A stretch of 64,000 nucleotides of DNA from Poseidonia sp. (GTDB lineage Archaea > Thermoplasmatota > Poseidoniia > Poseidoniales > Poseidoniaceae). The position numbers and the translations under genes are program-made. Below the pieces are notes generated by a model that was given only the letters and a program-made list of their open reading frames with translations, was not told where the DNA came from and did no database searches. The DNA is taken from the NCBI GenBank assembly GCA_022426155.1, contig JAKMEE010000032.1, forward strand, positions 9,800 through 73,799, read 5' to 3'. Shown here piece after piece: positions 28,861-38,906 of this stretch (its first letter is position 1; each line of letters opens with the position of its first letter).

Positions 28861-29196
28861 ATGGAACCTGTCACAGTGTCATTGCTTCTTTCAAATGTTG
28901 AAACGATACCTGGAAAATCAATCACCTCTACCTTAGGTCTAGTAACGGGGTCAACCGTCCGTGCAAAACACATCGGTAAGGACATCTTCGCATCCTTCAA
29001 GAACCTCGTTGGTGGAGAACTTCGAGCCTATACAGAACTTCTCAATGAATCTCGAAATGAAGCCCTTCAGCGAATGATGGTGGAGGCAAATCAACGAGGT
29101 GCCAATGGCATTGTTAACATTCGTTTCGCTACCTCCAGTGTTGCATCGGGTGCATCGGAATTGTTCGTCTATGGTACAGCTGTCGTTGTCGAGTGA
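28861..29196 (+). CDS. YbjQ/UPF0145 family protein
   Basis: LGLVTGSTVRAKHIGKDI...GGELRAYTELL...GANGIVNIRF...YGTAV. Confidence 0.92.
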   Translation: MEPVTVSLLLSNVETIPGKSITSTLGLVTGSTVRAKHIGKDIFASFKNLVGGELRAYTELLNESRNEALQRMMVEANQRGANGIVNIRFATSSVASGASELFVYGTAVVVE

Positions 29197-29205
29197 GGGA
29201 TTTTT

Positions 29206-29694
29206 TTGAATGAGGTTTTCGTCTGGGGCATCCTTACGATCATCGGTGTGCTTTTCATCCCAACAACCTCTTATCTCTTGGGACGATGGTATCAATCCTC
29301 TGTGATGGAGAAACTCATGGTTCGTGAGAAAACTATCAATGATCGTTACTCGCGAGACCTTTTGGTCACAACATCACGCAAAATCACAACCTTGGACGCC
29401 TCCCAAACAACCCTCTTGCATACATCAGTCGTATTCGGGCCTTCTTGGGGGCAAATGTTCCTCATGGCATGGAAATCAATTTTTGGAGGTTCATTGGCTT
29501 CCTACCAACACATTTTGGAAATGGGGCGAAGAGAAGCCATTCTGCGTCTCATGGAACAAGCCGGTCATCGAGGTTGTACTTCCATTGTCAACCTACGCAT
29601 TGAGACCAGCGTGGTTATTTTGAGTAAAAATTCAACCAAATCTAAATCCGCATCCGTTGAATTCTTAGCTTATGCCACTGGAATTACTGCTTGA
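29206..29694 (+). CDS. Membrane-anchored YbjQ-like protein
   Basis: N-terminal TM; IFGGSLASY...GRREAILRL...IVNLRIET...EFLAYATGI. Confidence 0.8.
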   Translation: MNEVFVWGILTIIGVLFIPTTSYLLGRWYQSSVMEKLMVREKTINDRYSRDLLVTTSRKITTLDASQTTLLHTSVVFGPSWGQMFLMAWKSIFGGSLASYQHILEMGRREAILRLMEQAGHRGCTSIVNLRIETSVVILSKNSTKSKSASVEFLAYATGITA

Positions 29695-29696
29695 AC

Positions 29697-30152
29697 TCAT
29701 TCCCAATCGTTTTTGAAACGGTCAGTGCGTTCTTTCGCTTCTTCACTAGCAGGGTCCTCGTCGGGTTGGTGCTCACCCGGATCGATAAATATGTCCTCTA
29801 ATTCATCCTCAGGATCTAAGGAATGTTGAAAATTTGAACGAATGAATTTGTGAAAATTCTCTTTTTGGTCCGATGACATTTGGAAGTGGTACTGTTTGCC
29901 TCCATGTTCACGTTCCAAATGCCTTCTTTGGCGTCTTCTCTGACTCCAAAAATGCTTGAACAGCATGCGAACATCTTGTTGATTTTCGGGATAAGGTGAT
30001 CCTTCTGGCCAATCATAGTTTTCTAAGGCCTTGACAAAGTTGTGAAATGCATCTGTGTATTCTTTGACGTCCTCCGGGATATCATCGTCGTTTTGGGTGC
30101 CCTCAGGGTTCTGATGTTCTTTGGATGAATCTTCTTCGTTTGTCATGGTCAA
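29697..30152 (-). CDS. Hypothetical acidic protein
   Basis: 151-aa ORF filling the gap between convergent and divergent neighbours. Confidence 0.6.
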   Translation of the reverse strand: MTMTNEEDSSKEHQNPEGTQNDDDIPEDVKEYTDAFHNFVKALENYDWPEGSPYPENQQDVRMLFKHFWSQRRRQRRHLEREHGGKQYHFQMSSDQKENFHKFIRSNFQHSLDPEDELEDIFIDPGEHQPDEDPASEEAKERTDRFKNDWE

Positions 30153-30238
30153 TCGGAAATCAAAACACGATGAGAGTATATCAAAGATTGACGAGGACAG
30201 GAACGCACACTCAAAAGGGAGTGGTTGTTGGACGACAC

Positions 30239-30703
30239 ATGGAACTCAACGGTGTGGTGAGTAGTGGGCTTGGCCGAGCTCATGTTTTCATGGCTCAGCC
30301 ACACTATCAAGACCAATTCAGAGAGTTACTTGGACAGACGGCCTGGCCGGGTACACTGAATGTCAAAGTGGATGAGGCGATGTTATCTCATTACATTGCT
30401 CTGCGACAGAGAGCCGGAATTGATACACTTGATGCTCCCGATAGAGCCAGAGAGGCTGCACAAAATCATGATGTTGAGGCCTACAATTTGGTTCGTATTC
30501 GTGGGTTCTTGCGTGATGGCGTCTCTTTTGGGGGTGCAACTGCTTTCAAGGCCACCATTCACCGTGAAGGCAATACCGTCCCTTGTGCAGTCCTCATACC
30601 TGATTTGACTCGTCACGTGGATGTTATCGAAATCATTTCAACAGCCTTTTTGCGTGAAGTTTTACACCTCCATGATGGAGATACCGTCGCTCTTTCACTG
30701 TGA
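30239..30703 (+). CDS. ribK: CTP-dependent riboflavin kinase (archaeal)
   Basis: GVVSSGLGRA...F...Y...F...WPGTLNV...IPDLTRH...IEIIS...LR...L.DGD; start trimmed from 30125. Confidence 0.88.
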   Translation: MELNGVVSSGLGRAHVFMAQPHYQDQFRELLGQTAWPGTLNVKVDEAMLSHYIALRQRAGIDTLDAPDRAREAAQNHDVEAYNLVRIRGFLRDGVSFGGATAFKATIHREGNTVPCAVLIPDLTRHVDVIEIISTAFLREVLHLHDGDTVALSL

Positions 30704-31612
30704 ATCGGAATGAAAACTCAGTGGCAATGTCCCAATGGATGCCCACTCATTGTAGAGCATGGTTTTGAGCTCATGTTGAGCGGCTCGCTGCCACCTTGAA
30801 CGCTGTGTGCGCTCTGCTTCACGACCAGTTGGTGGGGCGGAAAGGGATGTTGCATGCGTTGCTGGTGGCAAGGGGAAATCTTCCCATGAAACCCCCCAAA
30901 GAATGAGCCATTGTGCCGGGGCTACGCCGAAATCCACTGAAACCAACGGCTCGTCAATGGCGGATTGAATCTCATTCAATGTCAATTCACCCACCGAGAG
31001 GCGAAATAATGCATTGGCTGTTCTTCGTACTTGATTCCAAAGAAAGGCATTGCCAACGATCTCAAATCCAACAATACGGTCTCCATCCATCCAAGGTGAT
31101 AGAGACCTTATGGTTCTCATGGGGTTTTTCCCCTCTTCCAAGCGAGCAAAATTCCTTGCATCGTATGTTCCGACGAACACCTCTAACCAAGTCTTGAATT
31201 GTTCGAAAGAGGGGGCGGTCCAAAATTCCATGGCCTCCAATCGGTATCGATAGACTCTGAAATCTGCCAACCTTGGGTTCCATTGTTCTTCAACAGCTTC
31301 GACAGTGAGGAAAGAGATGTGATCGTCCAACCGGTCATCAACTGCTCGAATGAATTTTTTGGGAGTGAGAGATTCCCAAAGTGCAGCATCAAGGTCAACG
31401 ATTCCGCCGTTGATTCGGACATGAACGCCAGCATCGGTTCGGCTTGAGAGCACCAAATGGTGGTCGGGATTGCTTTTATCAAGCCATTTCAATGCATGAA
31501 AAACTCGAACCAACTCACCTTGTACGGTTCGGACATCGGGTTGAATCTGGCTACCATGAAAGGCATCTCCAAGATACCCAACACGAAAGAAGAGGCGTAC
31601 CGTTGCGGTCAC
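30695..31612 (-). CDS. truA: tRNA pseudouridine(38-40) synthase
   Basis: GYLGDAFHGSQIQPDVRTVQG, SSRTDAGVH, RVYRY, GNAFLWNQVRR. Confidence 0.93.
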   Translation of the reverse strand: MTATVRLFFRVGYLGDAFHGSQIQPDVRTVQGELVRVFHALKWLDKSNPDHHLVLSSRTDAGVHVRINGGIVDLDAALWESLTPKKFIRAVDDRLDDHISFLTVEAVEEQWNPRLADFRVYRYRLEAMEFWTAPSFEQFKTWLEVFVGTYDARNFARLEEGKNPMRTIRSLSPWMDGDRIVGFEIVGNAFLWNQVRRTANALFRLSVGELTLNEIQSAIDEPLVSVDFGVAPAQWLILWGVSWEDFPLPPATHATSLSAPPTGREAERTQRSRWQRAAQHELKTMLYNEWASIGTLPLSFHSDSQ

Positions 31613-31623
31613 CCCACTTCACC

Positions 31624-32151
31624 TCAATCTTCTGAACTGAGCGTGGTGATGGCATCTTCGGTGGTATAGCCGAGGGCACCAACAGCCCATTCCAAGGCTT
31701 GCTTCAACCACGGCTGAATCATTGGAGATTCTCGACTTGGGTCCATGACTTCAATGGCATCAACCAGATTGCGGCTTGCAGTGAAGAGAACTTCATCCAC
31801 TGGAATGTCTTCAAGCGCCAAACGGCGCGCATAGCGTTGGAATTCCTTCACTGCCAACGGGATGCGGCGGCATTCAAGAGCAAAGCCTGCAAAGTCTGCG
31901 ATGTATTCCATGTTTTCTTCATCGAGTTCCATTGCAGTTTTGTAGGCGGTCATGATTTTACGACCAGAGATGACATCGTCTTGCTCTTGGGCGTTTTTCA
32001 TGTTTGCAAATTCAGCCCACATGTGGTGCAATTCCGGGATTCCTTTGTTTCCAGCAATCGTTTCTTCGAGGTTAGCAAGTGCGCCGTCCAAGTCTCCGCT
32101 ACTGAACAATTCAATTGGGGTTTGAAGTAATTCTTCGACCATCTCAATCAT
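31624..32151 (-). CDS. Hypothetical alpha-helical (TPR-like) protein
   Basis: Helical repeat-like AYKTAMELDEENMEY pattern. Confidence 0.6.
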   Translation of the reverse strand: MIEMVEELLQTPIELFSSGDLDGALANLEETIAGNKGIPELHHMWAEFANMKNAQEQDDVISGRKIMTAYKTAMELDEENMEYIADFAGFALECRRIPLAVKEFQRYARRLALEDIPVDEVLFTASRNLVDAIEVMDPSRESPMIQPWLKQALEWAVGALGYTTEDAITTLSSED

Positions 32152-32208
32152 CTCTTGTATTGCCGTAGGGCATTTGGCTTTTCAAGCCTCCCTCGTGTCA
32201 TTAGGCTT

Positions 32209-33243
32209 TCAAGATTCGTTCTCGCCCTGAATCGCCTCTTTGAGGTCTTCAAGGAGATTGGATGAGGAATGCTTTCTGTGCATTTCATTCAGCAAGAGTT
32301 TGATCCCTTCCCACTTTCGAATTTTGTAGAAACAATGCTTTGGGTCAGGGTCGACACGGCGTGTTGTGCGTTGGTAACTCAACATAGCAATGAATGAACG
32401 AAAAACACCCTTTCGAACCTTGGCACCAGTTGAATCATCACTCTTGTCTTTTGTTCCTGGTACTCCCATTGCACCACCGGCATTGATTCCTGAAGATTCT
32501 TCAACGAGTCCAACACCCGAATCAGTCATGATGGTCACGGTTGCATAACCGAGCATGGTTCCCATGGGGGTTCGCTCGACCATCACTTCTGAGATACGGT
32601 CAAACAAGATTCGGCGATGCGAACGTGAAAGCAAGAACGAGTGCTGGAAAATCACGGCATGGCTGGTGATGGCATAGGAAAAACTTCGTTGATATTTCAA
32701 AGTGGTCCCCCAAAACACAACCAGGAAGATGGCACCCGCTATCAAGTAATCATAGCCGAATGGAATGAAATCTCCAAATTCCTTGCCGAAAATTCCAGCA
32801 AACCATGCGATCACGTTGTCCAATTGGATGACTACAGGTACTGCCATTGAGAGTAAAATCGCCGTTGTTACCCAGCGGCCAGAGGTTGACACATTGAGCA
32901 TACGATTGATCCATGCAATGGTCCCCATGAGGAGTACAAAGGCAATGGGTACTTCCTCACTTCCAGTGAGTTGTATCAAACCATCAATCATTTTGAGCAG
33001 GATGTGAGTGTCATCTGAGGTGCTGACTCCAAATTCAAAGAGCCAATGAACCCCAAACACAATCAAACCAACAAAGTACATTCCAATGAATGCCAGCGTA
33101 CTTGGGCGGGCTTCTCCATCAGCAAGCACCTCCTCTCCACTGATGAGGCGATATTTTTCCACCAAATTTTCCTTGGATGCTTCTTCAACAGCCTCTGTAG
33201 TTGTCACTTCTTTTGCCTCTGCCTCGGGCGTTTCTTCTGACAT
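32209..33243 (-). CDS. Membrane protein with bacterial PH (bPH_2) domain
   Basis: YAITSHAVIFQHSFLLSRSHRRILFDRISEVMVERTPMGTMLGYATVTI after several TM helices. Confidence 0.75.
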   Translation of the reverse strand: MSEETPEAEAKEVTTTEAVEEASKENLVEKYRLISGEEVLADGEARPSTLAFIGMYFVGLIVFGVHWLFEFGVSTSDDTHILLKMIDGLIQLTGSEEVPIAFVLLMGTIAWINRMLNVSTSGRWVTTAILLSMAVPVVIQLDNVIAWFAGIFGKEFGDFIPFGYDYLIAGAIFLVVFWGTTLKYQRSFSYAITSHAVIFQHSFLLSRSHRRILFDRISEVMVERTPMGTMLGYATVTIMTDSGVGLVEESSGINAGGAMGVPGTKDKSDDSTGAKVRKGVFRSFIAMLSYQRTTRRVDPDPKHCFYKIRKWEGIKLLLNEMHRKHSSSNLLEDLKEAIQGENES

Positions 33244-33312
33244 ACTGATGTCCTCAATTGCAAGTTAGCCGCCCGTACGACAAATAACTTCCCCCTAAAA
33301 ATGGACGAAATA

Positions 33313-34533
33313 TCAATGTAACATGCCCCAAGCGTGTTCGGCATTACCTCGGACCCAACCATAATCTTCCCGTCGACGAACTCCGAATTCATCAGTGATT
33401 TTGAGTGATTTTAATTCCAACGGATATTCATTGTAGGTGAGGTGTGACCAAAGTCCACCTCGCGTCGGTTGATCGAAATGCCAATGTGCACGTTCAACGG
33501 CCTGTACGACAAGTTCGATTTGCGTTCTACCGTTCCACATTTTGACGGAAAATACAGGCAATGGTGCTCCAGGGCTTTGCCCGGATGGCCCTTCCAGCAT
33601 GGCAGAAGGTTGTTTGCTCACCTCAACTCTTGCAAAGCGTTCGCTTCGGTGGTTTTTGGCATCATGGAATAATCCACCTTGAGATAAGGCGATGTGCTGG
33701 ATATCACGTTTTTTCCAAGGGCGGGGGTTTCGAGAAGTCATCGTTGGTGAAAGGTGAGGGAGGAACCAATCCATGTACGAGCCATCTTCAAAATGCAGGA
33801 CGCCCCAATACCATGGAGGAGATGGAGCTTGGACACAGACCTTCTGAAAATATCCTGTGCCTTTGATGGATTCACCATCCATAGTTCCGGTTACTTGAGT
33901 TCCGTGGACTCGAAGAATATCATACCCCATATTGGCAGCATAGGTTGCTGTCGAGGGCCTGGCTACTGACATTGGAGGGTTCCAAGGCGTTATTGTCAAA
34001 TCCATCTCCGAAGGAGCCCCACCTTGAACGGCAGCGTCGTCGCCTTTGAGGCGAAGCCAAAATTTCGAGAGATCGCTGGCCAATCCCATGGAAAGATCCT
34101 CGTCCAGTAACGGGACAACTGCCCCTCCACCTTTCCCAATTTCTTTAGCCTCGGGCCAAGATGGATGAGTATCGTCCATTGCAATCATTTTACAAATTTG
34201 CTTGACGTATGGCTCGTGCATGTGCTTGCCATCGAACCACCAAGCACATACCATTCCATCAAGTGCTAAAGCACCGTGCTCGTCCTTCCCAGGGCGCCCT
34301 TGTGGTTCCCATTGGGTGCCATTGACGTCGACCATGTCGTTATCCTTGGTTGACCACAGAACCATCAATTGTCGTCCACTTGGTGCCCCATTGGGGTCCT
34401 CAAGCATCACGAGCCACCACCACCAATCCCAAGTCAAGTGCCATATTGGTGGCCTTTGGGCAAGGGACCACATGGTGGAAAAATCCCCATCAAAAACTGG
34501 TGGGGATTCATCGTTTGGGAGCATAACTAACAC
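33313..34533 (-). CDS. Trp-rich protein, possible tocopherol cyclase/CrtC/AttH lipocalin-like fold
   Basis: TWDWWWWLVML, GTGYFQKV...PPWYWGVLHF, C-terminal GNAEHAWG; fold assignment tentative. Confidence 0.55.
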   Translation of the reverse strand: MLVMLPNDESPPVFDGDFSTMWSLAQRPPIWHLTWDWWWWLVMLEDPNGAPSGRQLMVLWSTKDNDMVDVNGTQWEPQGRPGKDEHGALALDGMVCAWWFDGKHMHEPYVKQICKMIAMDDTHPSWPEAKEIGKGGGAVVPLLDEDLSMGLASDLSKFWLRLKGDDAAVQGGAPSEMDLTITPWNPPMSVARPSTATYAANMGYDILRVHGTQVTGTMDGESIKGTGYFQKVCVQAPSPPWYWGVLHFEDGSYMDWFLPHLSPTMTSRNPRPWKKRDIQHIALSQGGLFHDAKNHRSERFARVEVSKQPSAMLEGPSGQSPGAPLPVFSVKMWNGRTQIELVVQAVERAHWHFDQPTRGGLWSHLTYNEYPLELKSLKITDEFGVRRREDYGWVRGNAEHAWGMLH

Positions 34534-34534
34534 C

Positions 34535-35836
34535 TCAATCTATTTCTTTAGATTTGAAAATCGCTCCACCGATGAGCCAACAAATACTGGCTTGGAACAG
34601 GAGGACAAGGGTGGATACAATGATGGTTGCAAGCGGAGAGATTCCAAGGCCTGGTTGGGATGAGAAGAACATCAATCCTCCTGTGCCCTGGAGAGATTCT
34701 CCTGAACCTCCCCCCCATTCTCCGACCAACATCAAGTAGCCGTTGTCGAGCCAAACGAGGGTGGCTGCAGCGTCGACAATGTTCATCGCCCAACCGATGA
34801 TTGAAAATCGCAGAATGGAAGCATCTGGGGCTCCCAACGTGGTCAGCATCATGCCTAATTCCCACGCTGCGAAGGGTATGGCGAGCAAAATCCCATGTTT
34901 CCAAAGAACACCTAGCATGCAAAACAGCATCCCATAAACCAGTGTACAGAGCATGGAAGCGAGCAGGACAGCAGCCCACACGCCAAGGTCAGAAAATCGG
35001 AAGAATCCATCCGATGGACCAAAGATACCGGTGATGATGGCAACTAAGGCAATCAAAGCCCCCATATAGGGCCAAACAAGACCAAGATAGCCAAGAATGC
35101 GATAGAGAAATACTTCGGAACGAGCGATTGGTTTGGCGAGCATAAAATGCATCGTTCCAGATGTCATTTCGTCGCGAATGAGTCCAGTCGCCATGAAGAG
35201 GGGGATGAAAATACCGAGGAGAAAGGCAAAGCCAAATTTGCCCATGGCAAGAACGAAGGCTCGATGAGTTGCCTCTTTGGCGAAAGCATTGTCATCTGGA
35301 TCCTCATCCACGCCTCGGTCTGCTGAGAGATCAATTCCGTCTCCATAGCGTTGTTCTACGAATTCGATGTCACAAGCAATGCCGTTGTTATTGCTATCTT
35401 TTTGTGAGTTTGTCCTCGTCTCTGTTCTGCAATCTCCATCATCATCATAGCCGCTCCAGTCATCCGATAAGGAATCCCAGTCTATGTCATCTTCATTGAT
35501 CCATTTCGAGGGGTCATCTGGTTGGATGGTGGGGTCAAGAATTCCAGGATGGGAGTCAGGATTGAGTATGTCAGTCCCGTACAGATTTTCTTGACCGTTT
35601 GGGTAACCGTCGCCATCAAAATCCCGTGAATCTCCATCGTTATCAATGGCTTCAACCTCCCGAATCATTGAGTCAAGATAGAACATGGTGAGAATTGCCA
35701 TGGCTGTGAGACCAACTCCAAAAATGACCCAAGTTGAAAGGCGCTTTCGTTGCTGACGCATGGTGAATTCAGCCACGGCCATGGCTTTACGATCCAAGCC
35801 TCGCCAAATCGTGTTTTTTCTTTCTTCATCCATCAC
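34535..35836 (-). CDS. ABC-2 type permease with Asp-rich Ca-binding-like loop
   Basis: LIRDEMTSGTMHFMLAKPIARSEVFLYR; loop DNDGDSRDFDGDGYPNGQE...DDDGDC...DSNNNGIAC. Confidence 0.85.
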   Translation of the reverse strand: MMDEERKNTIWRGLDRKAMAVAEFTMRQQRKRLSTWVIFGVGLTAMAILTMFYLDSMIREVEAIDNDGDSRDFDGDGYPNGQENLYGTDILNPDSHPGILDPTIQPDDPSKWINEDDIDWDSLSDDWSGYDDDGDCRTETRTNSQKDSNNNGIACDIEFVEQRYGDGIDLSADRGVDEDPDDNAFAKEATHRAFVLAMGKFGFAFLLGIFIPLFMATGLIRDEMTSGTMHFMLAKPIARSEVFLYRILGYLGLVWPYMGALIALVAIITGIFGPSDGFFRFSDLGVWAAVLLASMLCTLVYGMLFCMLGVLWKHGILLAIPFAAWELGMMLTTLGAPDASILRFSIIGWAMNIVDAAATLVWLDNGYLMLVGEWGGGSGESLQGTGGLMFFSSQPGLGISPLATIIVSTLVLLFQASICWLIGGAIFKSKEID

Positions 35837-36822
35837 ACAGTACCTCCTGCGAGGTGGGACAGCAAGGATTCAAGATCATCATCTGGGTTATCAATGACCT
35901 TGATTTTGTGCCCATTGTTGACAATAATGCCTGGGAGTTCAGCGTGGAGGGTTCCAAAATGATATGTTTGAATCAACAATTCTTCTGAACTCGGGAAACT
36001 CAATCCGTAAACGGCTTCATGATCCATAATATCCTTGGCTAAGGCCTTGGCATCTTCACCTACAATACGGATGGTGTGAGGGATTTGGTCCAATCGCTCA
36101 CGGATGGCGTGGAGATTTCCTAATGCGACTAATTTGCCTTGATGAAGAATCACAATTTGTTCAGTAATGCGCTCAATTTCATTGAGAATATGACTGCTGA
36201 CGAGAACGGTTCGACCCATTTTCCCAAGTTCTCGTATCACATTCATGATGGTTGTTCTCGCCAGAGGATCACATCCTTGGAGTGGTTCATCAAGGATGAT
36301 GAGGTCAGGATTATTCACCAAAGCATGAGCAATTTTGGTACGTTGCCTCATCCCCTTGGAATAGCGACCTATCTCTTTGTTGGCGACATCTGACAAGCCT
36401 ACGAAATCCAGAACACGCCTCGCTTCTTGCTCGGCTTCTTTTCTGCTCATTCCATATAGCCTGGCGAATGTGCTAATGAATTCGAGAGCAGTCATCCAAT
36501 CATGCATTTTTTCATGTTCGGGAACAAACCCAACTCGTGCATAGGGGGCTGGATTTTTCCATGGGTCAGTGCCGAATAAACGGACCTGGCCAGAACTAGG
36601 GCGCAATTTCCCCATGAGCAATTTGAACAGCGTAGATTTCCCAGCACCGTTCATTCCAAGAATACCTGTAACACCGCCGCTGAGTCCGAGTGTGATGTTA
36701 CTAAGTGCATGGATCCGCCCATAATTCTTAGTGATTCCTTCCATGTAAATTACCGGAAACGAAGCATTTGGTTGCCATTCCTTATTTGGAGTGCCTCCAG
36801 TTTGAGTTGGGTCTGGAATCAC
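35833..36822 (-). CDS. ABC transporter ATP-binding protein
   Basis: GMNGAGKST, YSKGMRQR, ILDEP, SSH; GTG start overlapping the upstream stop. Confidence 0.93.
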   Translation of the reverse strand: MIPDPTQTGGTPNKEWQPNASFPVIYMEGITKNYGRIHALSNITLGLSGGVTGILGMNGAGKSTLFKLLMGKLRPSSGQVRLFGTDPWKNPAPYARVGFVPEHEKMHDWMTALEFISTFARLYGMSRKEAEQEARRVLDFVGLSDVANKEIGRYSKGMRQRTKIAHALVNNPDLIILDEPLQGCDPLARTTIMNVIRELGKMGRTVLVSSHILNEIERITEQIVILHQGKLVALGNLHAIRERLDQIPHTIRIVGEDAKALAKDIMDHEAVYGLSFPSSEELLIQTYHFGTLHAELPGIIVNNGHKIKVIDNPDDDLESLLSHLAGGTV

Positions 36823-37832
36823 TCTCGGGTCACCTCCATTGAGGAAACACGACTGCTCAATACGTAGAGGGCAAGTGCATTGATGGCGATTAAAGAGACA
36901 AGAGAGAAGGTCCATGGATATTGTGTGTAGGTCGGTTCAGTTCCAATGAGGATCTGGCCAACATGGGCGACGCAGTCATAAGGTGAAATGAGGTAAAGTA
37001 ATTCTCGGTCGAAGAGATTGCGAACGATTATGGCCATTGTTTTGGTTCCAAACAGGATGGCCAACAAACCAATTCCAGGGAAAAACCGACCCTTTGAAAC
37101 ACTTGAGAGTGATAATCCTATACTGGTATATGTCACGATGAGTAACACGCCGCACAATCCACCAGCGAGGAACATCGGGAATACATCAAGCATCCATGCC
37201 CATCCTCTGCCATGGGCCGCAATTTCTGCGAAGAAGTAGAGCATGTAGCTTCCAATTATGATGATGGCTTGAATGATGGCGACAGAGATGTATTTCATTC
37301 CGACGTAATCCACTCTTGAAATAGGTCGTGAAAAATACAATGCTGAAGTTCCATGATTCCGATCTTCAGATATAACTCCTCCAACAAGAAGGGCGGCAAC
37401 AACGGGGAAGATTAGAGTGTTGCGTGGGAAATATCCCAGGATGTGCCCGTAAAGATTGTCACGACTCACGCCCCAAATGGCATGAATTTCAGGGCTGCCG
37501 ATGAGGCTAGAAACCAACACAAGCGCAGCATCACTGAGTGCTATAATGAAAGCAATGAGCAAAAAAATACGAGTCGGCATACCCCAAGGTCGGTTTCCCT
37601 TTTTGAAAATACCCAGTAAGTGATGGCGTAATATGGCCCAATTCCTCATCCATCTCCCGTTGAGTGTGCCGTTCCATGAGGTGTATTGCTGTTCAAAGAT
37701 TTCACCGGATTTCTTGGCGAGAGACGCTGTAGCCTCCGCTTCGGTTTCATCCCCTGTGCTGGAACCCCAGGCGACCTCCATCCGTGCTTGGCCGGTAACG
37801 GGTGCATCGGGGCGATGTTCCTCGTCGGTCAT
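36819..37832 (-). CDS. ABC-2 type permease
   Basis: ISEDRNHGTSALYFSRPISRVDYVGMK; six TM helices. Confidence 0.88.
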   Translation of the reverse strand: MTDEEHRPDAPVTGQARMEVAWGSSTGDETEAEATASLAKKSGEIFEQQYTSWNGTLNGRWMRNWAILRHHLLGIFKKGNRPWGMPTRIFLLIAFIIALSDAALVLVSSLIGSPEIHAIWGVSRDNLYGHILGYFPRNTLIFPVVAALLVGGVISEDRNHGTSALYFSRPISRVDYVGMKYISVAIIQAIIIIGSYMLYFFAEIAAHGRGWAWMLDVFPMFLAGGLCGVLLIVTYTSIGLSLSSVSKGRFFPGIGLLAILFGTKTMAIIVRNLFDRELLYLISPYDCVAHVGQILIGTEPTYTQYPWTFSLVSLIAINALALYVLSSRVSSMEVTRE

Positions 37833-38839
37833 GAGGCTCCACCGCCCATGGATTGAGGCGCATCGACTCTTCGAGCTTGAACGGGGCTGGCCAGTAAATC
37901 TTCACTCGATTTGACTTCATATCCGAGGTTTTCCATAATGGCGAGAAATAAATCCTCAAGTGAGGCTTCGTATTCATGCATCCTACGGATTTGAGCACCG
38001 ACTTCATGGGCTGCCTGAAGAATAGCAGATGTTGTGTCCTGTTCACTTTGAGCAATACGCATAACACGTCCTTCGCGACGGACTTTCATGCCTCGGTCTT
38101 TGAGCAATGTTTCGAGGGGTGTGGCTTTCCCCCAAACATGAATCTCAATTTCCCGCTCAATGGCTTTCAAATCTTCAATCCTTCCTTGTGCAGCAAGTTT
38201 CCCTTTATGCAATAGGACGATATTATCACAGACGCGCTCAACATCTTCCATCAAATGGCTCGCCATCAAGACCGAACGCTTTCCTTCATTGACCATGGTG
38301 TTCAACGTGCTGATCATGAATTCACGAGTTTTGATATCAAGGCCGTTGGATGGTTCATCTGCGATAATGAGTTCTGGGTCATGGATGATGGCACATGCCA
38401 GTTTTGTAGCCTGTCTCATGCCAGTTGAAAAACTACTAATTTCTCTGTAGCGCTGGTCTCCAATGCCAACGAATTGAAGCGCTTCATGCGCTCGATTCAT
38501 TGCAACGACAGGATTCATGCCCAATAATTCACCAGAGTATCGCACTTGATGGATGGCATCCATATCGGGGTTCAATGCCTCGTATTCGGGCATGTATCCG
38601 ATGCGTGAACGGATCTCCACCCCTTGGGTTTTGATGTCACACCCCAAGACTGTTCCTTCGCCTGAAGTGGTCTGAATCAGTCCGAGAATTGTTTTGAGGA
38701 AAGTGGATTTTCCAGCCCCATTTGAACCTAATAGGGCTGTGGCTCCATGAGGTATGGAGAGGTTCAAATCTTCAAGAGCAAGGTGCGGGCCGTAATATTT
38801 CGTGAGCCCCTTGGTCTCAATGACAAGGTTTCGCTCCAT
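37829..38839 (-). CDS. ABC transporter ATP-binding protein
   Basis: GSNGAGKST, FSTGMRQ, IADEP, ASH; start trimmed from 39049. Confidence 0.93.
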   Translation of the reverse strand: MERNLVIETKGLTKYYGPHLALEDLNLSIPHGATALLGSNGAGKSTFLKTILGLIQTTSGEGTVLGCDIKTQGVEIRSRIGYMPEYEALNPDMDAIHQVRYSGELLGMNPVVAMNRAHEALQFVGIGDQRYREISSFSTGMRQATKLACAIIHDPELIIADEPSNGLDIKTREFMISTLNTMVNEGKRSVLMASHLMEDVERVCDNIVLLHKGKLAAQGRIEDLKAIEREIEIHVWGKATPLETLLKDRGMKVRREGRVMRIAQSEQDTTSAILQAAHEVGAQIRRMHEYEASLEDLFLAIMENLGYEVKSSEDLLASPVQARRVDAPQSMGGGAS

Positions 38840-38906
38840 GTCGGCCACAATAAAAGGACAACCGAGGCACTCCTTGAAGGCTTTTGTTAAGACCAATGGT
38901 AGAGTA

